Of a stretch of 32,497 nucleotides of DNA, positions 1 to 9,978 are shown one piece after another. The stretch lies in assembly GCA_000934665.2 (NCBI GenBank), contig JYFJ02004409.1, positions 1-32,497 of the forward strand, given 5' to 3'. Positions within the stretch are counted from its first letter, which is position 1. Each line of letters starts with the position of its first letter. The translations under genes were made by a program, and so were the position numbers. The DNA is from Catajapyx aquilonaris (Eukaryota). Below the pieces are notes generated by a model, which saw only the letters and a program-made list of their open reading frames with translations, did no database searches and was not told the origin of the DNA.

Positions 1-160
1 GATTTTTAAGGTACATTGTGTATTTTCTTACTCTCTCACATCCGCAATTTTGCACATCCAATATGCACCATGTTACATGCATGCCAACATTGTATAGACA
101 TAATTAATTCAAATGTTTCTACCAAATCAACGAGTCACTCCTATGGAAAAGTATTTCATA

Positions 161-188
161 ACCCGAGCAACGCCGGGTATCCTGCTAG
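161..188 (+). mobile_element. Helitron 3' terminus (element probably extends left of the window)
   Basis: GC hairpin ACCCGAGCAACGCCGGGT followed by CTAG and then T, the canonical Helitron 3' end. Confidence 0.7.
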
Positions 189-895
189 TAAATAAATATA
201 AGCAACATAATTATATTCACCCCATATACGTATGTTATTATTTACTATGTTCCCGAGTGTTCGGTGGTGCAGATGGCGCTGATGGCGCATCTGTGCCAAC
301 GGTAAATTCGGCGCACACGTCCTTCAGTCTTCCATGTACACGACTAATGAACTTCCTATGGATATGGACATTCCGACGTCCAGTGGAGGTCCATGGGACA
401 GCTACATTGCTACATTCAAACATGGATCTGTCGACCCGTTGCGTTGTCGACGTCCACAGGATGTCATATGCTGTGTGGGAAGGTACAGTACGGATCCCTA
501 CCTACCTGATTTGTTACAATTAAATCGGAAGGAGTCGATCTACCAACCACCATTTACCGGATTGATGTGGAATGACCCAGGGGGGTGAAATTGAGCATTT
601 TTTTGGCTTCCTCCATTTGAATTCACGTGCTACAAAACAGTCATCTTGCTTGTTTCTCTACCTTGTGACACATGGGCTGGATCAGAAAAGTGCAGCTGAG
701 GTAGTGCTGAAAGCGTTAGGCTGTTGGAAAAATAAATCAGTTCTTAACTTATCAGTCCCTATCGGGTTATCTAACATCCCGAGTCACAAACCCTACTGCG
801 CAAGGAATTATTATCTGGAATTATTTTTCCACAGACCACGCGCCACGCAGCAGGTAGGCTACTTTTTAAGTTTATTATTATTCTTCTTCTTATGT

Positions 896-1117
896 AAGTT
901 GGATAGGATTAGGAATGAGGAGATTTTGCAGAGGTCTAATGTTAAGGAGGCTGTTAAACATAAGGTGTGCAGGTCTACTCTAAGGTTGTTTGGCCATGTG
1001 GAGAGGATGAAGGAGGAGGAGATTGTGAAGAAGGTTTATTTGGGTGGAGTAGTTGGTAAGAGGGCCAAGGGTAGGCCTAGGAAGACAAGGTTGGACCAGG
1101 TGGGTCAGTGTCTTAAG
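896..1117 (+). mobile_element. RTE-clade non-LTR retrotransposon fragment (C-terminal region)
   Basis: DRIRNEEI...LRLFGHVERM.EE.IVKKVY...GKRAKGRPRKT.LDQV matches the conserved post-RT segment of RTE-type LINEs. Confidence 0.8.
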
Positions 1118-1199
1118 GGTGTTGCTAGTGTTGTTCATGTGTCAATAGGACCATGGACATGGCACAATTGCGTACCATGAATAGAAACAGAAATAAATA

Positions 1200-2612
1200 G
1201 GGTAAAGTAAGGTTGGATGGCAAATTTTCCAAGCAAATTTTTTTTACGAGGCTAGGTTCACCATTTTAACCAAAGTTTTGGGCCAATATCATTTTTCAAA
1301 TATCCTTCACCATAAGTAAATAATTACAGAAAGCAAATTAACAATACATTATATGTTAATTAACTTCTAAATTTCAGCTGCAAATAGTAAGATTTTTCAA
1401 AACAGTAGGTTGAATGGCAAGCCCATCAGGTTGCATGGCAAAGTGTAAGATTACATGGCAATTTATTAGGTCTATCAGAAATGATAATCACTATTAATTC
1501 TTAATTTCTTCATTTTATTTATTGTCACATATGCACATAGCACATATGCACATGTCATATGGGATTGTGATGCCGCATTTGTTGGATTGCCTATAGGCCT
1601 GATTTTAACTGGTGAATCTGAAGGGAAAGGCGTTGTAATACATTTAGCTTTTTGCGGTAGTTTTGACTGTGGGGAGCTGCAGGAGCTCTCTTTGACCCTG
1701 TGGAATATCATCATTGTCTGCAGCAGGTGGATCAGTAGTTGTTGCGTTGGTACCCAACGCACTGTCTGGTACTGCATAAATCTGTTTAGTGGGACCAGAC
1801 CCGCTCCTCTGAAGGCACCTTGAATGATAAGGCGCATTCACACGAGCGACCTTTTGCCAGGAAGTTTCCTGGCGAAAAGTCGCCAAGACCGTTCGGCCAG
1901 GAAGGGAAGGTCGCCACCCGAACCAGGAAAAGCTGGCCGAGCTGGCCATGCTCCAGAAGGTGGCTAGCCATGGCCAAAGATGGTTGCCGGGAGTAACGCA
2001 TGCGCAGTAGCGGCCCTCCCCAGCGCCCTGCGATGCTCACTTGTCCCCCAACAACGTCGCTCGTGTGAACTGTTACTTTCGATTCCTGGCCTGGCTCTAG
2101 CCACGTTTCCGTATTGGCCAGGAATTCCTGGCCAAGGGTCGCTCGTGTGAATGAGCCTTTAGTGACCCCAAGTCCAAGTTGGAAAATGAGTGCCTCCATG
2201 ACAGGTGCAACCTTAAAAATTTGCCAACTTTGTTAAGGCCTGTACGAGCGCTATTGTGAATTTTTCAAAACTGTGTTTAGTCACAATTGTTCTTTAAGCT
2301 TTCTAAATTGGATTCATATGCATTAAATGATGAAATACCGACTTTGTAACTCACTATTAATCTGTTTTTGACCGTGAGGTCCGGCCGCTCTCTAGCAGAC
2401 GCCAACCAATTTCCAATATGGCTTCCTCTTCGGATAATTAGGTTGTCACACAATATATGTGGCAGTGAAGTATTTTTTGTAACACAGCTGGAAGGTGGCT
2501 CCACAGTATGAATAAACGGCAACTTTAGAAAGGCGCGATTTCCTAACTATTTTAATTTAACAAAAATCTTCGCCATACAACCTGACTTGCCATCCAACCT
2601 AATTTTACCCCC
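1200..2612 (-). mobile_element. Decayed pogo/Tc1-mariner-superfamily DNA transposon
   Basis: TIRs GGGTAAAGTAAGGTTGGATGGCAA / TTGCCATCCAACCTAATTTTACCC, TA on both sides. Minus-strand remnant IIQGAFRGAGLVPLNR resembles the end of a pogo DDE domain. Confidence 0.7.
1830..2158. mobile_element. PIF/Harbinger-like MITE nested in the pogo element
   Basis: TIR AGGC(G/T)CATTCACACGAGCGACC; flanks ATA/TTA (TTA-type TSD, one mismatch). Confidence 0.8.
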
Positions 2613-3112
2613 TAAGGTTTCTTTCGCTTCCTGGACATTTTCGATTTTCACAATTGGACCCTTATTGAATATTGGGGTCTTCATATGCATTATAAAAATG
2701 ATTATGCATGTTTGACTTAAGCACCACACTCTGTACTTTAAACATCCAGATGCGCAAATGGCTAGTAAAACACGAGTCAGGCAGTTGTCTGTCACTGAAT
2801 ATCTGCAGAGATGCCCTCAACGGTAACTGGAAATTACGTCCCCGGAAGAAACGTCCCCACGGAAAACATCTCTTAAATAGTTATAGCACAGTGAGACCAG
2901 ATAATAAAGAAGCATGCCTCCTGAAAAAATTGCGCCACGTTTCAGCTGACGGTACCTTCAGAGTAACGCCGAAAACATTTGAACAGCTTTACACCATTCA
3001 TGGCATTAGCTATAACCGGAACTACCAAATCGTCAGGAAGCAATACAAATAAACTTCTGGGCGAACTGCTTCTTGCCTGTCCTAACTGGAATCCTGAAAT
3101 CGTAATGATAAA

Positions 3113-3761
3113 GGACCTGTTCAAGGTTACCCTGAGTAGCCCCGCTACCTAAACGGCAACCATCTTGCGCATCTTGTAGTGTATAATCTATGCACCTAGG
3201 TTTACGCCAAAGGCCGCTGTGTTCGCCACTGACTGTACCTTTGATGTGGTAGGGGTTGCTACCTAGCGGCCTTGGTAGGATTCAAAACATGTTGTCACGT
3301 GGTGAACTGTTTTATTAGTGGATTTAGAGGCAGGAAAACTCGTATGGTTTTTACCCCGTAAAAATGTTGTAAGAATATTCGTGGGAGACAAATGCCGCCT
3401 CAGGGAACCGATATGCGAAATGCAAGCCCCATCGAGATATCACACGTTTGCCCAATCGCGTATCTCTCCCTCTCTCCCTCTCCTCTCTCTCACTCTCCCC
3501 TAAAAGAGAGACAGGAGCGAGGGGCGGACTCAGGATGGCGTTCGTTGGCAAAGCAAGGCCGAACTCTTTCTCCAAACTGATGAAGGTCACCCTTTAGAAG
3601 CATTCTTCCATTGAATGACATATATTAGAGTGGCTGGACAGCAACATTTTGATCCAACTCCCCTGCGTTGCCAAGTTTCAGTGATCTGCTCCAATCTAAT
3701 GACACGAATCATTGAGCCATGTGGGTGGCCTTTCTTTGCCAGGATAACCTTGAACAGGTCC
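3113..3761. mobile_element. TIR element (MITE) nested in the MULE
   Basis: 22-bp TIR GGACCTGTTCAAGGTTA(C/T)CCTG, AAA on both sides; it interrupts the MULE transposase remnant. Confidence 0.8.
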
Positions 3762-3984
3762 AAAGAAAAGACAGCACAAAATGCTTTTCAATTCGTTTAT
3801 CCGAATGTGCGGGTGCCAGGTAGTCAACCGTCATGTAACAAGCGAAATCCATCAACAGTATGTCGATAGGGACAATCCAGATTTTGCCGTATGGGTGCGG
3901 CATTTGCCTGCCTTGGCATTTGGACCTCCTCAGAAGGTTGTGGAGTCTTTCGAAGCTCTCTTGGCCAGTCCTTGGTACGCATTA

Positions 3985-4772
3985 AGGCCCATTCACATAC
4001 AGGCCGTCGACTGTTTTGGTTTTTGGTCGCGTCGAAGTGATGGTCGAGCTTTTTCCACTGGTCGGTTTCACACAGGCCGTCGCGTCGCGTCGCCGGTTTT
4101 GGTCTTTACCGCTAGTGCCGCATGCGCGCAGGCAACATGGCGGATGTGGATGTCATTACAGCTGCATACATGAACCAGCTGGTTTTACTCCGCGCCCTTC
4201 TCGTCCTTCGAAGGAAGAGGAGGCAACATGAGCTACCGTGCCATAATTATTTGAAGCGCAGTGTGTACATAAATTCGTTCGGAACGGCCCTAGGAACATG
4301 TGCAGGACGTAGTGCGGTTCAGAATGCATTTGATTAAAACTTACTTGGTCTTCCCAGGGCTTTTGCCCACCTCGTACCACGCCTTCTCCCGCTTCCCCTT
4401 GTTCCGATACTCGGCCTTCCCCACCCCGTAGAGAAGGCTGCATCTCGTCGATAAGGGCCTTGTCCCGACCTTCATCTACAATGGCGGTCATCTTTTTCTC
4501 AGATTCCAATTTGCGCAAGCTGCTCTTCTTTTGTCAATTCAATGTTTACATGACCCACTTGGGCAGTGCGCATGCGCGCTGCCAAGCGCGGCTTCCTATT
4601 GGTCGGTCGCAGTTTGAGATCGACAACGACCAAAACCAAACACAGAAATCAACTGATCTGGTCGACGAGACCAGAGACCAAAACCGTCGACCGTGAGGGC
4701 CCCGCTCTGATAGGTCCGCGGCGTCAACGCGACCAAAACCCAAAACCGTTGACGGCCTGTGTGAATGAGCCT
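3985..4772. mobile_element. Internally deleted PIF/Harbinger element nested in the MULE
   Basis: About 45-bp TIR starting AGGC(C/T)CATTCACA; perfect TTA TSD (3982-3984, 4773-4775); convergent N-terminal ORF stubs. Confidence 0.88.
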
Positions 4773-5441
4773 TTATGCGAGCAGCACGAATAGTTTTTGG
4801 CACCACTTCTTGATTAGGCCTACTTAGAGCCTACATGGGCACTCGTACGTGCCAATCGAAGACGCCCTCCCCTCCCCGGTTCTCTATTGAAATGTGGAAC
4901 TGTTATGAACTCACCAGTGTACAGGAGTTCCTCGTTCCAACAATGCAATTGAAGGGTGGCAACATTGCTTATCTCGTCGATCCTTCTAGGTGACCATCCA
5001 TCTTTGTGGAAATTTACTGACACCTTAAAATTAGAGCATGGGCGAAATGAGCTTGAAATTGAGCAGTCAATTGCGGGACATCCCCGATGGGGACGTTTTT
5101 TCCGGGGGCGTTATTAATTGTCGGGGACGAAATTTCCTAGAACCGCCCTCGGCCCTCAACAATTCAAGTGAGTTCTGTGATGTTGTCGGATGTGATCGAC
5201 AAAGGTGGGCATCGGTTTCATGCTGTATTTGTTGAGTTGTAATCCCATTGTGCTTGGATTTCAGCCCCATAATTATACAGAATGAGGCATGCACCTGCTC
5301 GGCCTCATAGCCAGATACTCTGATCTACAATAATATAATATAATGATTTTACCTTGATGACAGATTGCAGCTCGCATGATCTAATCGCAACAGCATAACT
5401 TCCCAATTGACTTCCGAAGATTAAATCAAGAAATAGGAATA

Positions 5442-5598
5442 ATGTCAACACTGCCATCTTTGGGATTACGCTTGCGACAAAAGAAATTCTCAGTATTAGC
5501 AATTGCTATACTGATAATGTGTGGATTATACATTTTTTACTTCGCACGCTCAACTGACACATTTTCGCAAGCTTTATCTCATCTTTATCCTCTTCCAA
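5442..5598 (+). CDS. DUF229 paralog 1, coding exon 1 (signal anchor)
   Basis: ATG at 5442; consensus donor GTAAGT at 5599; phase 1 matches exon 2. Confidence 0.8.
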
Positions 5599-8500
5599 GT
5601 AAGTACGACACTAATATTACTGCACTCAGCAAAAGATATAGCTCGACTTTCTTGTACCTCATAAGAAAGTATACAGTATAGAACTTACCACAGCTTACAA
5701 TGTATAATTGTATACGGTAGTTCTTACCAATCTAATAGTGGTAGTCACTCTATCATTCGGCAAGAAAGAGCCCTTATTTCATTAACAAGGTGTAAAAGAG
5801 TGTTTCTGTAGCAGAACACTGTATGTTGTACACTGTGCAGTGTACAGTATAGTTGTTGCAGGTGTTCACAATTTAATCTGATGCTTCAGGGTAACCTTCA
5901 GAGACCCTACAATGTGACATTAACATGATTGTCGTACCACATACCGAATTGTGGATAATAAAACAATAATTTTTGTTTCTTGCAATTTGAGGGTAAATAA
6001 TTTATTCAGTTGGGCTTGCAATGAATGATTACTCTGCAGAAAACTTACGACATAAAGCGTTCCCTCTGTACCGTATGTATTGCATATTTTGCGTATTCAT
6101 AAGGACACACCTGGTAAAGTCAACATATCAGTGCTATTGCTAAATGTTTTCAACTGAATCAAATTCATTCCAGCTTCATGCTAAATGCATTGATAACGAA
6201 ACTGAATAACACTACGGATTAATGCAAGCAACATTTTCCAAGTCATTGAATCTATTCGTCTCTAGTAGAGAAAAAACTTGCTCATTTTACTTCAACAGCT
6301 GTCGATCGCATGTCTATGATTGTTGCTTTTTGCTACCGTATTCATTTGGTTTTTGTAACTGTGATTTATAATGGGAATTCATAATTTGACAACAGTACCA
6401 TAGCAGTGACATACACACTGATGTAACTATTAAGTTGTACCGTAATATAAACAATAGAGTTACCGTATAACTTATAATATAACCTTCATTATTGGGTGTG
6501 CTGCTATGTGCAATATATTACAAGTCTAACACATCCCACACCGGTGCTGCAACTGTTAATTTGGTACTATATCTATTGTTTAAAGTATGCACTTACAATA
6601 ACAGCCTCGCAGGAAAAGTGTTCGCAGTATAATCTGCCTATTTCTAGATTACAATCTAAGTTTGGGTGGCACCGTGGTAGCTTACCATTTTAACTAATCT
6701 CCCAAGGGATTGCAAAAAGTTATAATGGTCAGGGCCAAACATCCACTGCAATCTTGTACTGTAGACAGAGAACAAAATAATAGTAATGCAATGCATCAAT
6801 GTAATAAAAACGTTATCATTTCAGCTGAAAATGACGTGGTAACCGAAGCATTCCCAAAAGAACACATAGGATTTCTGGTCAAGACTCCCAGCTGCTCTAT
6901 TCCGTACATGGACCCTTTTGATCCCACTGTGGCGGAATTCGTATCTAAGCCAAAGCCTATCAAGTGCGGCAAAGATTCTCACCTTTTCACGTCCACCGAA
7001 GATAAATTGATTTTTCATCCGTATGTACTCCCCGATTATGGAATATCAGACGGTGACACATATTCTTGTTGCTTTCAAGAACTGATCCGAATTCAAGAGG
7101 ACCCTGATGATTACAGTGGGTCGCCTGATAATAAATTTAAGTACGCCTACATCATTTTTCTGGCTCATGAGGTTCCAGCACAGAACAAGCACAGAACCTC
7201 CAACTGTCAATCTCGTACTAATAGGCTATCTTCATCATTTTCCGCAGGTATAGTGAAAACTGCACCAGTATTACACAAGAAGTGACAAACATTACAGTCG
7301 AAATGATACGGATTACTTGCTATGGTGAAAACGACACAATATTTCATAAAGACTTCCACAATTTTCTAGTCCGTAAAGAACATGTCGAAGAACGTGCTAA
7401 GAGCGGTTCCAATACAGAGGGGGTAGGCTAATTAGGTGATAAAATATTTGCCTAATTCATAAAACCATTATCTTATTCCAGCTCAGCATATTGATGATTG
7501 GAATTGATGCAGTTTCTCGGGTGAACATGATTCGTCAGATGCCTGATACTCGCAACTTCCTAATGGACCACATGGATGCTATCGACTTCCAAGGTTACAA
7601 CAAAGTTGAAGACAACACTTTTCCTAATTTGGTGCCTGTCCTTACCGGTCTAGATTATCAAGAGCTGAAGAATGTCTGCTGGCCAGATACAGGCACCAAA
7701 TTCGACGAGTGTCCGTTCATTTGGAAGAATCTGACCAGCAGAGGATACCGTACCATCTTCGGGGAGGACGCTTGCTGGATGGGCATCTTCCATTACGGGA
7801 AGGTTGGGTTTGTGATACAACCAACAGATTACTACCTACGTCCGTCGCTAAAAGCTATGACGGATGAGATTGGCCACAATTATGATTTCAACTCCAATTT
7901 GTGCTACGGTAATCGTCTGGCATTTCAGGTTGGTATTACAGTAGATAAGCTAGTTGAGATTTTGTTTCCTTTGGCAGCGTATGCTGAAAATTACTTCGGC
8001 TGTAAACGCGAAACATAAAACCGTTCACCAAAATTGCAGGTTATGCTGGAAAATGCTGAAAAAGCTGCAAGAACATTTCGAAATGAGAAGTATTTTTTGT
8101 TCATGTGGACAGTAAGCTTGACACATGACTATCTAAATTACCCTCAGTTGGAAGATGCTTTCCTTCTGTCATTTTTGGAACGACTCAAGGCTCATAGCGT
8201 GTTAAGCAACACGGTTTTCATATTGATGAGCGACCATGGAATCCGATGGGGAGGCATCATGGAAACATTCCAGGGGAAGATGGAGGAAAGGCTTCCATTC
8301 GTGTACTTCGTCTTCCCGCAAGTGTTCAAGCAGAAATATTCTTTCGCTTATAACAATCTTCGTCGCAACTCGCGTCTTTTAACCAGTCCATTTGACCTGC
8401 ACGAAACCCTAATAGACTTGTCTGATTTGTCCCGCTTGACCAAAGAAGCCATCAAGGAGCGTAGCCTGGAACTGTCCAGGAATGTGACAAGAGGAATCAG

Positions 8501-8948
8501 TCTTTTTCTACCTGTTCCGGACACGAGGACATGTCTTCAAGCAGGAATAGATGACCACTGGTGCACGTGCCATGTCACCAAAGTGATGCCACCAGAAGAC
8601 CCTAGAGTCAACCAGACGTCTGAATTCCTCCTAGACAACCTGAATTCGATGCTCCAATCATATCCTCAGTGTGCCCAGTTGAAACTGGAGAAAATTCTTG
8701 ATGTGAGAGAGCATGCTCCGACGAACGACAAGTTGGAGAAGGACAACAAGAAAGAATCAGCAGATATAGTGTTAACAGTGTCTGTGGAGCCAAGTGGTGC
8801 TATTTTTGAAGGCACTGTCAGGTATCAGCCGAGGAGCGATATATTGAATATGCAGCTTACTGGCAGTGTGAGTCGGTTGAATGTGTATGGCAACCAAAGT
8901 CGCTGCGTAGATGATTATAACATGAAGAAGTACTGTTACTGTGGGTAA
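5442..8948 (+). CDS. DUF229-family protein, paralog 1 (alkaline phosphatase superfamily-like, type II membrane protein), complete, about 667 aa
   Basis: join(5442..5598,6825..7140,7248..7422,7482..7928,8040..8948) = 2004 nt. All introns are GT-AG with compatible phases (1,2,0,0). Basic then hydrophobic N-terminal anchor (RQKKFSVLAIAILIMCGLYIFYF). Family motifs: GIDAVSR, GYNKVEDNTFPN, QPTDYYLRP, SLTHD, MSDHG, EERLP, LTSPFDLHETL, RTC..AGI..HWCTC, SRLNVYGNQSRC, KKYCYC. Confidence 0.92.
6825..7140 (+). CDS. DUF229 paralog 1, exon 2
   Basis: Acceptor tttcAG ends 6824; encodes FLVKTPSCSIPYMDPFD...; donor GT at 7141. Confidence 0.88.
7248..7422 (+). CDS. DUF229 paralog 1, exon 3 (absent from ORF track)
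   Basis: Acceptor ttttccgcAG ends 7247; reads YSENCTSITQ...MIRITCYG...FHKDFHNFL...; donor GTAGGC at 7423. Confidence 0.85.
7482..7928 (+). CDS. DUF229 paralog 1, exon 4
   Basis: Acceptor ttccAG ends 7481; LSILMIGIDAVSR...RLAFQ; donor GTTGGT at 7929. Confidence 0.92.
8040..8948 (+). CDS. DUF229 paralog 1, exon 5 (terminal)
   Basis: Acceptor ttgcAG ends 8039; contains SDHG and EERLP and ends KKYCYCG-stop. Confidence 0.93.
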   Translation, partial: VMLENAEKAARTFRNEKYFLFMWTVSLTHDYLNYPQLEDAFLLSFLERLKAHSVLSNTVFILMSDHGIRWGGIMETFQGKMEERLPFVYFVFPQVFKQKYSFAYNNLRRNSRLLTSPFDLHETLIDLSDLSRLTKEAIKERSLELSRNVTRGISLFLPVPDTRTCLQAGIDDHWCTCHVTKVMPPEDPRVNQTSEFLLDNLNSMLQSYPQCAQLKLEKILDVREHAPTNDKLEKDNKKESADIVLTVSVEPSGAIFEGTVRYQPRSDILNMQLTGSVSRLNVYGNQSRCVDDYNMKKYCYCG

Positions 8949-9706
8949 TTCCAGGTCAAACGAACCACTGCGTGTCAGTGACAATAATTTTTTTGTTATG
9001 GGACCTACACGTGGGCGGTTTTAGCAAAGGTTTTAGCAGTTGTAGCCCTTGTACCAAAACTGTGTGGGTCTCTTCAGGCTATAAGTTACTATTATGGTCT
9101 CACATATACAAGATTCGATCTTCATTGTGAACCCTGATTTGCTCTCATTTGGCACATCTTCCGCAGCCTTTCACCCGCGCTTTCACCTACGTGTACGTCA
9201 AGAGCTATTTAAATCTTGCCCGTGTCCAATGTAGCCCTGCGACATTGGTGCTTATTGGAGTACTTTTTCCCGCCTTGCTCCGCTGCTTGTATATGGGGGA
9301 TATTGGGTGCGTGGCTATATGGCTCCAACACCCCAGGCAGCATGCCCAGAAAAAAGCGAGCGAAACGATGGTTTTTCTGGTCTGAACCCTTTATTAAATT
9401 GGCTTAGGCCTAGAAATATTTTAATATGACTTTATATTCACCACATTGCGAGAAGTGGTGTTCGTACAGGTGAGCTGATAAGTCGTTGGCTACAAATTAA
9501 TTATATCAACCTACACTTTATTCATTGGTTTCTGCTGCTGTGGTGTCCTTTTATTGTGCCTTACAGAGTGTACTATTCATTGCAAGATTTTTTCATGGTA
9601 ACATTGAGGTCCTTACTTGGCGCAAGACAACACATTATACGCAATTTGTACTCTCACATAATATGATAAATTCTGTGTGCATGACATTATCTGTGTAGAA
9701 ATTAAT

Positions 9707-9978
9707 TTACTTGCAGTAACAATATTTACGAATCTCAAGGTTATTGTGCTTCTCCAAGCAGGCAGCTTGGGAGCCATATTTGTTGACTCGACTTATGTCA
9801 GATTCCTTCAATTTGTAAGTGGTTTCATTCAAGTTTCGCGTTATTGACACTTCGAAATGCCCGTCTCCAGGATTCGTGTGGAGGTGAACTTGGTAAATCT
9901 CTTCCGAGACCTTGGTGTCGTCGGTCATGACAGGGATTAATCCATCCATGTCTGAGCTTTGCTTGAATCGTAAGAGGT
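9707..9978 (-). CDS. DUF229 paralog 2 terminal exon
   Basis: Acceptor tttcAG; LLRFKQSSD...SRVNKYGSQAAC...RKYCYCK-stop. Confidence 0.9.

Larger units (their letters stand above)
2822..5144 (+). mobile_element. Decayed Mutator (MULE) transposon with transposase remnants
   Basis: Imperfect TIRs (GGTAACTGGAAATTACGTCCCCG vs revcomp GGTTCTAGGAAATTTCGTCCCCG); 9-bp TSD GCCCTCAAC (2813-2821; 5152-5160, after a partial repeat). Peptide remnants: DGTFRVTPKTFEQLYTIHG, EKTAQNAFQFVYPN, LPALAF.P..KVVESFE, RFSIEMWNCY, PRSNNAIEGW. Confidence 0.88.

Noticed and set aside
270..588. Coding-looking stretch with overlapping short ORFs
   Set aside because: No recognisable motif or convincing splice partner; it could be an exon or TE fragment but is unsupported.
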